Shown here in pieces: positions 30,280 to 41,021 of a stretch of DNA of 64,000 nt. Below the pieces are notes generated by a model that was not told the origin of the DNA, made no database searches, and worked only from the letters and a program-made list of their open reading frames with translations. Location of the stretch: the IMG/VR virus record IMGVR_UViG_3300028591_000214, positions 442 to 64,441 of that record, one strand, 5' to 3'. The number at the start of each line of letters is the position of its first letter. The first letter of the stretch is position 1. The stretch comes from a virus. Lineage: Duplodnaviria > Caudoviricetes. A program made the position numbers and the translations under genes.

Positions 30280-32109
30280 ATGGCTATTACTAATTTATTT
30301 CAATCATTATATAATTCAGGTTCTAAAAATTATGTTAATAGCGGTTATGTCTGTGATGGAGATTTATCTAACAATTCAGATATGACTGCTGAATATGCTG
30401 TTGACGAAGACGGAAATCCTGCATTGGTTATTAATGATGCTAATGGAAATCCTGTTGCTTCACAACCATTGGGCAATATTACTGTTGAGCCTGTATTTGA
30501 ATATGAATCTAAAGTTAAGGTATTACAACCTAACAGCTGTTATTATATACAGGGCCCAGAATTCGGGCAATCTTATACAACCGAATATTTTAAAATCTGT
30601 AAAGAATTGACAGAAGTTCCAGGTTGGGAAAATTATGTAGATGTAGAATTTGATATAACTTATTCAAATGAATTTCAAAATGTTACTGAACATTTTAAAT
30701 CAAATAGACAACCAGGAGATACGGAATCAATATTGACATTTATTCAGAATTGGTTTGATTGTATGAATATTCCTGTTAATGTAGATGAGGAAGATAAAGA
30801 AGATCCTAAGAATTTATCAAGATTTCCCGGAACCCATAATAATTGTGACGGTTGTATGACTAATACAGGAAATTTGAATATATCTAAAATATATTCATAT
30901 ATCCGTTTTATGGCTACTTCATTAGGATATAATTTTACAATCAGGAATCTTCGAGTATATCCTATTTTCGCATCAGAAGATTTTCCTGAATCTCCGTTCA
31001 GTCCTGAACAGATAACTATTCAAGATGTTATACAGGCTATAAAAAATGTAAAACCTTATAGAATAGATGCTAAAGAAAAAATGGATCCATATTTGGTTGA
31101 CTGTTCGTTATATCTGTATGTACTTACTAATCTTGATGAAGGTCTTAAATATGTGGATGATTTTGAATATAAAACACCAGAAGAATATGCATATTCTGTC
31201 TATGCTGGATATGGACGAAATAATCCTTGGTGGAATATAGATGAAGATGAAACATTAGATGAATTATATTATCCTTATGATAATGATACAGAAGATGTTA
31301 ATGGAATAGTCCATAGAGGTGTATGGCCTATTTTTAAAGAGATATTTAATTTAACTGGATTAAGAACATCAAATCCTGATGAAACTGAGGTTGTTCATAA
31401 ATTATTTGAAAACCTTGATTTACGAGTGGATTCATTAAAATATCCTAATGGGGCATTTAGGGGAATTTCTATAATTCCTCAATATCCTTCTCAAGTAGAC
31501 GCCAATCTCATTTCTTTGAAACTTAATATCATTAAAGACAAGATGAGCATATATACTCCTGTATTAGTAACACAGGCACACCATATTAATGAAATGGGCG
31601 ATTTATATGATGATCCTACTACAGATATGGATGACTGGACTGAAATTAATGTCGAGTCTGAAAGAATATATTGGAAACGAGAAGATGTAACAGTTTTGGC
31701 AGGATCTAATATATCAAATGAAAAACTTAAGGGTGATATGCAAGGATGTCAATGTTCTACTATAGATATTGATTATAATATATCTACTAATGATGATTGG
31801 AACCCGGCTATTAATCCAGCTAAAGATTATGCGGTATTTAATGAAGGCTTAAATGATGATTGGGCAGCTGTTCAGGATCCTCATTGGAGAGATAACAGAC
31901 TTACAGCATCATCTGGGAAAGTTATAGGCATGTATAAATATCTTACAGAGGTTTCTAAAAATAATGATTGGATTAATTTCGGACAAGTATTTACATTGAT
32001 AACTAATGCGGATTCTGATACAGATAATACCAGGAATTTATGCAACAGTATTTTCTTGTATAATCCCAATCCATTCCCTGTAAAAACAAATATTTTAATA
32101 TTTGATTAA
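30280..32109 (+). CDS. Hypothetical acidic structural protein, 609 aa
   Basis: Long intact ORF at the head of the 30.3-38.7 kb operon. Late-promoter-like motifs upstream. Confidence 0.65.
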   Translation: MAITNLFQSLYNSGSKNYVNSGYVCDGDLSNNSDMTAEYAVDEDGNPALVINDANGNPVASQPLGNITVEPVFEYESKVKVLQPNSCYYIQGPEFGQSYTTEYFKICKELTEVPGWENYVDVEFDITYSNEFQNVTEHFKSNRQPGDTESILTFIQNWFDCMNIPVNVDEEDKEDPKNLSRFPGTHNNCDGCMTNTGNLNISKIYSYIRFMATSLGYNFTIRNLRVYPIFASEDFPESPFSPEQITIQDVIQAIKNVKPYRIDAKEKMDPYLVDCSLYLYVLTNLDEGLKYVDDFEYKTPEEYAYSVYAGYGRNNPWWNIDEDETLDELYYPYDNDTEDVNGIVHRGVWPIFKEIFNLTGLRTSNPDETEVVHKLFENLDLRVDSLKYPNGAFRGISIIPQYPSQVDANLISLKLNIIKDKMSIYTPVLVTQAHHINEMGDLYDDPTTDMDDWTEINVESERIYWKREDVTVLAGSNISNEKLKGDMQGCQCSTIDIDYNISTNDDWNPAINPAKDYAVFNEGLNDDWAAVQDPHWRDNRLTASSGKVIGMYKYLTEVSKNNDWINFGQVFTLITNADSDTDNTRNLCNSIFLYNPNPFPVKTNILIFD

Positions 32110-32128
32110 AAAAATATATTATAATAAT

Positions 32129-32467
32129 ATGAAAAAAGATTTAAGGCATTTAGATGAATTTGCAAGACATCTTACAAGAAAGCAAGCCAGAAAATTATAT
32201 GAATCAAAATTTTCTAAAAAGTATAATCCTAAATATATAAATGAAGAATATTATGGAGAAGATTTTGATATAGAATATAATGATTTTGAAGAAAGAGAAA
32301 ATGATCCAGATAGAATTGTCCGAGATGCAGAAAAGGATGATCCAGCAATTGAAAAAATTAAAAAATATAATAAAGAGCAGGATATTGAAGCTTTAAATCA
32401 AGATATAGATATAAGTGATTATATATCAGATGATTTAGAAGAAGAGGATTATAGTGATTATATTTAA
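32129..32467 (+). CDS. Hypothetical protein with basic N-terminus and acidic C-terminus
   Basis: ATG at 32129 (MKKDLRHLDEF) preferred over TTG 32102. LDE, LYE and INEE motifs. Confidence 0.65.
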   Translation: MKKDLRHLDEFARHLTRKQARKLYESKFSKKYNPKYINEEYYGEDFDIEYNDFEERENDPDRIVRDAEKDDPAIEKIKKYNKEQDIEALNQDIDISDYISDDLEEEDYSDYI

Positions 32468-32487
32468 AAATAAAATTATAAAAAGAT

Positions 32488-33075
32488 ATGAGTATAAAAA
32501 TTCGCAGGTATAAAAGATTGAATGAAGATGATCAGGCGCAGCCTCAAGCTCCCGCTCCAGATCAAAATCAACAAAATAATGGTCAGCAGCAACAACAGCA
32601 ACAGCAGCCACAAGGAGATGGTCCAAATTATACTGAAATTAAAAATCAGATTATAAAGGCTAATGAAACTATCCTTCAAGTTATGTTAGAGGCCATTGAT
32701 AAAAATGCTAAACCTATTCAAGGTGTAGGACAGGCAGATCAGAAAATTGAGGGTTCTGATGCTGTATCAAAAGCTTATCAGAATCTTACACAAAATAAGA
32801 ATTATAATGCAGTGGGACAATTTTTAACAGCATTAAATAATTATGGAGCTTCTATTGTAAAACTTGAACAACAGGCACAAGGTCAGCCTAATCAAGAAGG
32901 AAATGATCAGAATCAACAGCAACAGCAGCAAAATCAGCAGCAAAATCAGCAGCAACCTCAGCAGCAAAATGGTGTAAGTGCATTTGGTCAAAATCAGTTT
33001 GGAGGATTAAGTAAAGCTCAACAATTTGATCAAAGTGCAGCAAATATTAGCAATAAATGGATGCCTCAACAATAA
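32488..33075 (+). CDS. Gln/Asn-rich low-complexity protein, putative internal head protein, 195 aa
   Basis: RLNEDD followed by poly-Q tracts at both ends of a helical core. Confidence 0.75.
   Translation: MSIKIRRYKRLNEDDQAQPQAPAPDQNQQNNGQQQQQQQQPQGDGPNYTEIKNQIIKANETILQVMLEAIDKNAKPIQGVGQADQKIEGSDAVSKAYQNLTQNKNYNAVGQFLTALNNYGASIVKLEQQAQGQPNQEGNDQNQQQQQQNQQQNQQQPQQQNGVSAFGQNQFGGLSKAQQFDQSAANISNKWMPQQ
32923..32970 (+). repeat. 12-bp tandem repeat (cagcagcaaaat) x4 encoding QQQN
   Basis: Three exact copies plus one variant (cagcagcaacct). Confidence 0.85.
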
Positions 33076-33089
33076 TAATATAAAAGATA

Positions 33090-33896
33090 ATGAGTAAATC
33101 AATATTTAAATATGATATAGAATCAGGACATTATATATTACTTAATGAAGATGATAATTCAATGAGTAGTAATGCTCAAGAACAGCCCCAAGCAGCTGAT
33201 CAGCAATCTAATCAGCAAGTACAAAAATCTGCAGGAGATGATGAGAATGCTCAGGCTACATCTGCAAAGTCTATTGATTCTGATACTATTTTAATAAATT
33301 TAAATAAAATGCTGAATGATAAAAAGGTTATGTATGACAGGGAAATGCTTCAGTTAAATAACCAATTAACATTAGCAAAACAAGATATATCAAATAAGAT
33401 GCATGCAGGAGATCAGACGGTTGCATCATATGAATTTGATCCTTTGCAGGTTCATGATTCTATATTAAGTCTACAGAATAAGATTTTTACCAAAGAACAA
33501 GAATTTAATAATTTTAATACAACTATTCAAAAACAAATATTAGCGAGAAAAAAAGCATTAGCCGCCAAGAAAAAATCTGCGAGCGAAGCAAAAAGAATAG
33601 GTGTTCCTAATAAAGTTATTAATTTAATAACTGAATCAAGTGTTTCTAAATGTAAGATTTATATCGATGCTCTTTGCGGCGAGGATATGCCTATATTCAA
33701 TAAGCATTCTTTAAACAGATGTTTCAGAAATACTAATCTTGTTTACGGTAAAGACAAAAGAAAATATTTTGTTGTTATTGTAGATGAGGATGATGTAAAT
33801 GAAATGTATCAGGCATTATTGGATTTTGGTTATGATTTTGAAGATATTCAATCTGTAATATTATCAGGTTTAATGAACAGAAGTCATATGATATAA
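33090..33896 (+). CDS. Hypothetical coiled-coil protein, putative head component, 268 aa
   Basis: LLNEDD and LITES motifs, Q-rich linker. Confidence 0.7.
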   Translation: MSKSIFKYDIESGHYILLNEDDNSMSSNAQEQPQAADQQSNQQVQKSAGDDENAQATSAKSIDSDTILINLNKMLNDKKVMYDREMLQLNNQLTLAKQDISNKMHAGDQTVASYEFDPLQVHDSILSLQNKIFTKEQEFNNFNTTIQKQILARKKALAAKKKSASEAKRIGVPNKVINLITESSVSKCKIYIDALCGEDMPIFNKHSLNRCFRNTNLVYGKDKRKYFVVIVDEDDVNEMYQALLDFGYDFEDIQSVILSGLMNRSHMI

Positions 33897-34005
33897 AAAT
33901 ATTGTATTTCTAATTAATTAATAATCAATTAGTTAATCAAATTTTTAAGATTTTTGTTATTTATATAGTAATAAATAATAAAAATCTTAAATTTTATATT
34001 ATTAT

Positions 34006-37000
34006 ATGAGTATCAATCGTGCTAAAATTTTGAAAGGTGTTGATAATATAATTAATGAAAGTATGGGATTTTCTAATGGAAAAACTAATACAACTGATAT
34101 TTTTAATCTCAATAAAAATATATCATACCTTTTAGAATCATGTAAAAATAATAAGGACTTAGTTCAAGTGCTTGTTGAGTATAAAGGCAAATTAGCAGAA
34201 AAGAATCAAATTCTTTTGCTTGAAAGCTTTATACAGTCATTGAATGAATTTAAATCAAACTCAAAAGTAGAAAAGATAAGAAATAATCTTATTGATGCAA
34301 TGAATGAGAACAGACAAACTCTACAAATTGCATATCTTTACGAGTCTCTTGAAGATAAAGGTGTTAAGAATCTTTTGAAAGAATCATATTCAAATTATCT
34401 TTTAGACCAGGATCTTTATAAACCACAGCTTAATATGGTTTTGGAATCTGTTTCTAATATCGGTAATCAGAATATTGATAAAATGTATTCTATTTTAAAT
34501 AATGGTGCATCATTATCAGATAAAAATTATAAGTTATTCGAATCTTCTTATACTGAATTTGATAATGGTAAGACTATTGATGTTGAATCGCTGCGTAAAA
34601 ATATCCATGCATTTGTAAATGAAGCTCTTGATAAAGCTGAAGAAGAAAAAGATGAAAAATCTGAAAATGAATGCGGTGGAAATAATAATGAATGCGGAGA
34701 CAATAAAGAAGATTCAGATGATAAATCTGACAATAATGTTGATAAAGAAGACTGGAATGCTGTAAATGATTCGGATAAGTATACATTAAATGATATCGCA
34801 AATAAGAATGGTATTAATTTAATGGAATCTATTATTCGTCTTAAGAAGAAAACATCTAATCAGAAACTTCATAATATTCTTGATGAATATTATAATGCAT
34901 TGACAAATAATGCATATGAAGAAAGATTATATGAGACATTCTACAGTAACCTTTCTAATTATTCATATCTTCTTCCTGTAGAAACAGAAATGTCTGCATT
35001 GAATAAGAGAATAAATGCAGTTAAACAGGATATAGATCTTACTAAGTTATTAGAGATGATGCAAGCTACTTCATCCTATTATATTGTTCCTCTTATTGAA
35101 CATCAGGTAGTTGATTATATTAAGAATAAAACACCAAATAAGAAACAAGCGCTTATTTTTGGATTGCGCCCATATGCGCATGATCCATATGTTCGTCAGA
35201 TTTTGGAATGTGTAATTTTGGATGACAGTAAAGAAGCTAATGTAATGGGAGAATCTGTATTATCAAAAGCAGATAGAAGAAAACTTATTCTTGAGAATGC
35301 GAGTGTTGTTACGATGTATTCGCCAATTCAATATATTAAGGAAAATGAATCTGTATTCAATCTCGGAGGTATATTCTATGAGAAGAAAGGTAACTTTATT
35401 TCAAGACTTGATAATACACAGATTTCTAAACTTGATGAAAGTTTCGTAGAATTATGTCAGCTTGTGAATGATCCAAGAGTACATATTCATGATAATAATA
35501 CAATTACTATTGATAATGCATCTAAGATTTGTGTTATTTCTGAGGGATCTGTAAGTATTAATGGTAATATCGAGACTTCTAAGACTTTACGTAATCTTAA
35601 TGAAATGTATAATAAGTATAATGACTATGATACAGAATTTTATGTTATGGCGACATGCTTATTTGAACATTTTAATGATATAGCTAAAGTTGATTTTGTG
35701 AAGAGAGTTGTTTTGAATGAGGACAATTCATATTCATTAGATTTATTTAATGTTAATTCTAACTTATTCATATCTACTCATAATGATGTTTCACACAGCC
35801 ATATATTCTATCGCAATGTAAATCCAATTCAGTGCAAGAATATTATTAATGAGCATATGGGGCTTAATGTTTCAAGTCTGTTTGAAGATATGCTTCCTAA
35901 TCAGAAGGCAATTCTTGAAGCTCTTGAGGAAACTAAAGAGACATATGAGCAGAAGATTGAGGAATTGCGTAATCTTAAAGATGATCTTCAGGCTAAGGCT
36001 GATGAATGCGATGATGAAAAAGACAAGAAAAAACTTGAAGACGCTATTAAAGATTGCGAGAAAGATATTGAAGACGCTGAAAAAGAATTTAAAGATTGGC
36101 AAGAAGAATCTGATAAGGCTGTTAACGGTGATAAGAAAGATGTTGATACTGGAGAAGATAAGTCTGATGAAGAGTCTGATGTTGAAGTAGAAAAAGGAGA
36201 TGAGCCAAAAGAAGATGTATCAGATGAGGATATAAATGATTACAGCCAGTCATTGGCAGGTGATACTACTCCAGCTGATGATACACTGGAAGATATTTTC
36301 CCTGAAGAAGAATTAGGTTCTGAAGAGGGATCTGAAGAATTAAGTGATGAAGATATTGCAGATGTTCCTGATTATAATAAAGAAGATATGGGACCTCGTG
36401 ATTTCGATACTGAAGATGGTCTACCAAATCTTGACGCGACAGATGAAGAATATCCAGAAGAAGATATGGATGATGAATTTGCTCCTACAGATGAAGAAGA
36501 TGTTAACAATGATTTTTCAGATGAAGATTTTGTAAATCCTGATGAACTTCCTAATGAAGAAATTGAAGGCGCCGAAGATTTTGATGATTCAGATGAAGAT
36601 TTTGAAAATAGATTTAACAGTCATGCAGATAAAATCTTAGATGATTTTGATGAAGGAGATGATGTTGAAACAGAAATTCCTGAAGCAGAAGTAAATGTAG
36701 ATACAGATGAATCTAAGGTTACAGGAATTTATTTTGATGAAAATGTTAAAACTGGTACTATTCTTAAATCGGGCACAATTTCAATCACTGAGCCTATGGT
36801 AGGTCCTGATGGTAATAAGTATATAGAAACTAAGAATATTAAATTCTATATTGATGATAATAACAGGGCAATACTGAATAATGAGGATATTTCAGCGGAA
36901 TTATATAATAAAGCTTTGGCGGCTATTGAAAATAACCCAAAATTTGAAGAAGTTATTGAAAAGGGTGAACCGTCAGAGAACCATGGAGAAATTGATTATT

Positions 37001-37317
37001 CCACAGAAAAAGAATATCCAGAGGATGATACAGATTTTGACATGTCAGATGAAATAGATATTCCTGAAGAGGATTTACCAGAAAATGATTATGTAGATAT
37101 ACCTACATATAAAGATGGCGATACTGATATAGAATTACCTGCTGATAATATTGAATTTGAAGAGATTGAGAATGCTAATGCGGAAGGTGATTTAATTCAG
37201 GAAAATAAAAAATCTGTATTAAGTATCACTTCAAGAATTAAAAACGGTAATAAAGTTTATTCCCTGACAGAAGGTAAAGTAAGAAAATCTTCTTCAAAGA
37301 AAACATTAAAATTTTAA
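34006..37317 (+). CDS. Large prohead core/scaffold-like protein with very acidic C-terminal third, 1103 aa
   Basis: Many (I/L)xES motifs (INES, LLES x2, LYES, LKES, VLES, LFES, LMES), a central coiled coil and a D/E-rich tail. Confidence 0.6.
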   Translation: MSINRAKILKGVDNIINESMGFSNGKTNTTDIFNLNKNISYLLESCKNNKDLVQVLVEYKGKLAEKNQILLLESFIQSLNEFKSNSKVEKIRNNLIDAMNENRQTLQIAYLYESLEDKGVKNLLKESYSNYLLDQDLYKPQLNMVLESVSNIGNQNIDKMYSILNNGASLSDKNYKLFESSYTEFDNGKTIDVESLRKNIHAFVNEALDKAEEEKDEKSENECGGNNNECGDNKEDSDDKSDNNVDKEDWNAVNDSDKYTLNDIANKNGINLMESIIRLKKKTSNQKLHNILDEYYNALTNNAYEERLYETFYSNLSNYSYLLPVETEMSALNKRINAVKQDIDLTKLLEMMQATSSYYIVPLIEHQVVDYIKNKTPNKKQALIFGLRPYAHDPYVRQILECVILDDSKEANVMGESVLSKADRRKLILENASVVTMYSPIQYIKENESVFNLGGIFYEKKGNFISRLDNTQISKLDESFVELCQLVNDPRVHIHDNNTITIDNASKICVISEGSVSINGNIETSKTLRNLNEMYNKYNDYDTEFYVMATCLFEHFNDIAKVDFVKRVVLNEDNSYSLDLFNVNSNLFISTHNDVSHSHIFYRNVNPIQCKNIINEHMGLNVSSLFEDMLPNQKAILEALEETKETYEQKIEELRNLKDDLQAKADECDDEKDKKKLEDAIKDCEKDIEDAEKEFKDWQEESDKAVNGDKKDVDTGEDKSDEESDVEVEKGDEPKEDVSDEDINDYSQSLAGDTTPADDTLEDIFPEEELGSEEGSEELSDEDIADVPDYNKEDMGPRDFDTEDGLPNLDATDEEYPEEDMDDEFAPTDEEDVNNDFSDEDFVNPDELPNEEIEGAEDFDDSDEDFENRFNSHADKILDDFDEGDDVETEIPEAEVNVDTDESKVTGIYFDENVKTGTILKSGTISITEPMVGPDGNKYIETKNIKFYIDDNNRAILNNEDISAELYNKALAAIENNPKFEEVIEKGEPSENHGEIDYSTEKEYPEDDTDFDMSDEIDIPEEDLPENDYVDIPTYKDGDTDIELPADNIEFEEIENANAEGDLIQENKKSVLSITSRIKNGNKVYSLTEGKVRKSSSKKTLKF

Positions 37318-37331
37318 GAATATATAAATCG

Positions 37332-38699
37332 ATGAAAAGATTAGATATTTTAAATGATGTAGATTACATGTTTGAGACAGAACTTTCATCTAATGAAGTA
37401 TTACAATCTATTTTTAATCTTATAAATGAATTTATAGATGAATATGGAATTCAAGATGAATGTGATGCAATGTGGATTGATTGTAATGAATCTACTTTCT
37501 GGACAAATGCCCCAAGTGATTATATATTGATTTCTTGGGCAGATGAATTATCTCCCGAAGAAAATTTTCCGAAATATTTAATTTTTGAAGACGGTAATAA
37601 TATTTGTATATTAAATTTAGAAGAGACTTTCGGCACAGGAATAAAAGGATTAGAACAATGGAATGAATTACAAGATAATGAGGATATATTAAGTCCATTA
37701 GAACCATATATTCAAAAAATTAGTGTAAGAAATCCTGATGAATGTGCTAATGCTGTAGCTGAGTTATTTGGTAATGAATACGGTGAAAATATTCAATTGC
37801 AAGATATAGAAGATGAATATTCAGAAGAAGTAGACGAAAGCGTCAAGATTGATACTGTTGAATCTAAATTTGAAACAAATGATTTATCAAAATCAAAATT
37901 AGTAGGTGAACTTATGGATGATCCTGATGAAGATGAAGATGAAAAACAATTCAAAAGACGTCTTAAAAAATTAGGATATACAGGCCAACAGCAGGGAAAT
38001 GAACAAGGTGGAGGTCCTGGAGGAATGTTTGGAGAAAGTCAGATATTCAAAGGTAAAGCTTTAAGAATATTTGAATATGAATATGCTAAAAAAGAACCAC
38101 AACCTATGGATATAGTTGAATTCCAAGGAGATGAGGCACAAGTACAAGCTATTAATCCTGATGGAACAATGACATTATTATTACATGGAATGACAGTTGA
38201 TGGTGTTACAAAACGTCAAGTAAAAGTTCTTTCATATGCAGATTTGTCTACTCCATTACAATTCGGTAAATTTGATAGATTTGGTAATCCTGATTTTACC
38301 ACTAATCCATGGGATGATAAAGTTTCTAAATTCCATGATTTAAATAAAGTAAAAGTTGGATTAAAAGTAAAAGATAAATTATATAATGAGTCATATGCGG
38401 TATTCAATGACATTGTGTCGAAAAACAAATATGTCAGAATATTGAATGAAGATATGGAATCTGTGGAATTAATGCCATTAGAGGATGTAGAGATTGTTCA
38501 TTCAGATATAGATGAATGGCCATATGCAGTTATAGTGATTGATCAGACAGATGAAGAACCTCAGAGAAAAATTAAAGTAAATCCTGTATCATATTGTAAT
38601 GCGAAAACAGATGATGAGGATGTAGAGATTTTAATGAATCCAAGTTCTAATTCTAAACCCACAGCACTTAAGAAGAAATTTATCCGAATTTTAACATAA
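37332..38699 (+). CDS. Hypothetical acidic protein, 455 aa
   Basis: Intact ORF ending the operon. Contains VDES, FGES and LNED motifs. Confidence 0.7.
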   Translation: MKRLDILNDVDYMFETELSSNEVLQSIFNLINEFIDEYGIQDECDAMWIDCNESTFWTNAPSDYILISWADELSPEENFPKYLIFEDGNNICILNLEETFGTGIKGLEQWNELQDNEDILSPLEPYIQKISVRNPDECANAVAELFGNEYGENIQLQDIEDEYSEEVDESVKIDTVESKFETNDLSKSKLVGELMDDPDEDEDEKQFKRRLKKLGYTGQQQGNEQGGGPGGMFGESQIFKGKALRIFEYEYAKKEPQPMDIVEFQGDEAQVQAINPDGTMTLLLHGMTVDGVTKRQVKVLSYADLSTPLQFGKFDRFGNPDFTTNPWDDKVSKFHDLNKVKVGLKVKDKLYNESYAVFNDIVSKNKYVRILNEDMESVELMPLEDVEIVHSDIDEWPYAVIVIDQTDEEPQRKIKVNPVSYCNAKTDDEDVEILMNPSSNSKPTALKKKFIRILT

Positions 38700-38725
38700 C
38701 TTTTGTTTAATTGAACAGTTAACTA

Positions 38726-38763
38726 TAATCGGTGGTGATATTTTTGATCCACCGATTATTTTT
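38726..38763 (+). terminator. Intrinsic terminator
   Basis: taatcggtgg pairs with ccaccgatta, followed by a T run. Confidence 0.75.
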
Positions 38764-38828
38764 GGTATAAAACTTTTAAAGATAAAAATAATTTAATTAT
38801 TAGATTTGATTTATAAATTTATAAGATA

Positions 38829-39881
38829 ATGAAAGATTTATATGAAATTTTAGGAATCGAAAGAACTGCAGATGAGAAAGAAATAAAAAAAGCTTTTAAA
38901 AAGGCAGCATTTCGTACACATCCAGATAGACAGCAAGGAAAAAGCGAAGAGGAAAAAAAGAAAGCAGAAGAAGAATTTAAAGAAATTTCAAGAGCTTATA
39001 ATATATTAAGTGATCCTGATAAAAAACTTAAATATGATCAATTAGGAATAATTGATGATGGTACTACTACTTCTGGTGGTCCTGCTGGTTTTGATCCATT
39101 TGAACAATTTGCAGAATTTTTCCGGAACAATGGATTTGAAAGAGGTAATCCATTCAGTGGAAGACAAAGAAATCCTGAATATGAATCAGGTACACATATA
39201 CAAATGAGAGTAAATTTATCATTTGAGGATATTTATAATGGATGTACAAAAAAAGTAAAGTATTCAAGGAATATAAGATGTCATACTTGCCATGGTACTG
39301 GAGGTGAAGGAAAAGAGCAATGTAAGTATTGCCATGGTACAGGCATGTTTACACAAACCCAATATACAGCATTTGGATATAGTTCAACTTCAAGCCCATG
39401 TCCATATTGTAATGCTACTGGTTATATGGTAAAACATCCGTGTAAGAATTGTAATGGCACAGGATTTGAAAAAGAAGAAAAAATTATTACAGTTAAATTC
39501 CCTCCGGGTGTTATGAATAATAATGGAATATTATTTAACGGAGAAGGTAATGAAGCTCCGAATGAAAAGGGTAAAAACGGTAATTTTATTGCTGTTGCCC
39601 AATGGGATTTTAATGAAGAAAATTTTTATATTCAGGGATATGATGTTTATGAAAAAATAAAAGTTCCTTGGAATATATGTATTGCAGGAGGACAATATGA
39701 ATTTACATTCCCAGATGGCGAGATTAAGTACATAACAATACATGAATGTACACAACCAGAATCCCATTTACGAATTAAAGGAAGAGGAATAGCTAATAAA
39801 GGTGATTATTATTTAATTATAGAATACTTGATTCCTAATAAGTTAAGTAAAAAAGAAAAAGATATTTTAAATAAATTATGA
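38829..39881 (+). CDS. dnaJ: Full-length DnaJ (Hsp40) co-chaperone, 350 aa
   Basis: J-domain with HPD, G/F region, four CxxCxGxG repeats and a C-terminal domain. Confidence 0.93.
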   Translation: MKDLYEILGIERTADEKEIKKAFKKAAFRTHPDRQQGKSEEEKKKAEEEFKEISRAYNILSDPDKKLKYDQLGIIDDGTTTSGGPAGFDPFEQFAEFFRNNGFERGNPFSGRQRNPEYESGTHIQMRVNLSFEDIYNGCTKKVKYSRNIRCHTCHGTGGEGKEQCKYCHGTGMFTQTQYTAFGYSSTSSPCPYCNATGYMVKHPCKNCNGTGFEKEEKIITVKFPPGVMNNNGILFNGEGNEAPNEKGKNGNFIAVAQWDFNEENFYIQGYDVYEKIKVPWNICIAGGQYEFTFPDGEIKYITIHECTQPESHLRIKGRGIANKGDYYLIIEYLIPNKLSKKEKDILNKL

Positions 39882-40183
39882 TACAAGAATTAATAGATAA
39901 GTCTATTCAAGAAGGATATTTAATTCCAGAAGCATATGAATATATTAAAGCATTTGCAAAAGATATAGCAGATAAAGGAAAAGAATATTCAGATAATGAA
40001 AAAGAATATTGTTCATATGCAATAATTACTGATTTAGTTCGTTTTTGGACAAAATATAAGAATAAAACGGATAATGAAATTAATAATTTAATGCAGACTC
40101 TTGCAGTTAATTCTACATTAAGAGGATGGCAATGGTTTAATCAAGCAACACTTAATGGAGATAAAGAAATGAGTGAAAAATAA
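39878..40183 (+). CDS. Hypothetical protein, 101 aa
   Basis: ATGA overlap with dnaJ. Confidence 0.65.
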   Translation: MIQELIDKSIQEGYLIPEAYEYIKAFAKDIADKGKEYSDNEKEYCSYAIITDLVRFWTKYKNKTDNEINNLMQTLAVNSTLRGWQWFNQATLNGDKEMSEK

Positions 40184-40199
40184 TTGTTTAATTTTTTAA

Positions 40200-40616
40200 A
40201 TGACTAAAGATGAATTAAAAAAATTAGCGAAAACTAATGACGGCATAAAAATAAAGAAAGATGGAAAGATTTATGTATCCAATCCTATACTATTAAGGGA
40301 AATCATAAAATCTAAAGAACAAGATGAATTAACACCTGCTGCGGTAGAGATGTTTATGGTTCTTATAGAAAATCTTTCTATGGCATTGATATATGAAAGA
40401 CCAGAAGACAGAGAAGATTGTTTGGCTCATGCAATGTTAGATTGTTTGAGTTATTGGAGAAATTTTAATCCGGAATTATCTTCAAATCCATTTGCATATT
40501 TTACTTCAGTCGCATCAAATGGAATTAGAAAAGGATGGAGATCATTAGGATACAAAGGAGAAGAATTTCCAAAATCACTATTTACAAGTTTAGATAATAG
40601 TATACATACATTTTAA
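40200..40616 (+). CDS. T4 gp55-like late-transcription sigma factor, 138 aa
   Basis: EDREDCLAHAMLDCLSYWRNFNPELSSNPFAYFTSVA matches the gp55 NF.PE...NPFAYFT signature. Confidence 0.8.
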   Translation: MTKDELKKLAKTNDGIKIKKDGKIYVSNPILLREIIKSKEQDELTPAAVEMFMVLIENLSMALIYERPEDREDCLAHAMLDCLSYWRNFNPELSSNPFAYFTSVASNGIRKGWRSLGYKGEEFPKSLFTSLDNSIHTF

Positions 40617-40631
40617 AATTTTAAATTTATT

Positions 40632-41021
40632 ATGCAAGAAGATAATATTTTTGATTTATTGGATAGTACATCATCCATAGATAATAATGAAAAGACTGTG
40701 CTTGAAAAATTAGAAGAAAAAGAAAAAGAAAATCCAAGTACAGATTCAACAGATACTCAAGAAGAAAATCCTTGGGCAGGAGTTCCGACAGTTTTTGATA
40801 AAACTACTGTAGAAACTGCAGTTGAAGAAAAGAAACAAAATGATGCTAAACGAATTAAGCAATGGCTTAATATGCTTTTAGAGAATGAGATGGCAGCATT
40901 TAAAGAACAACATGGATATGCTATGAGTGGATCTATTAAACGTAATACTAAACGTAAGATAGAAAAGTTATATAAGAAAGGAAAAATTAAACCGCAATTT
41001 GATTTTACCGCATTTAATTAA
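40632..41021 (+). CDS. Hypothetical protein, 129 aa
   Basis: Intact ORF within the operon. Confidence 0.65.
   Translation: MQEDNIFDLLDSTSSIDNNEKTVLEKLEEKEKENPSTDSTDTQEENPWAGVPTVFDKTTVETAVEEKKQNDAKRIKQWLNMLLENEMAAFKEQHGYAMSGSIKRNTKRKIEKLYKKGKIKPQFDFTAFN

Noticed and set aside
35849-36535. Shadow ORFs in the track (for example 35849-36190, 35872-36102, 36344-36535, 14410-14676, 59145-59429, 63678-63890, 41771-42076)
   Set aside because: They lie inside or antisense to longer, well-supported genes, and their composition mirrors the real frame.
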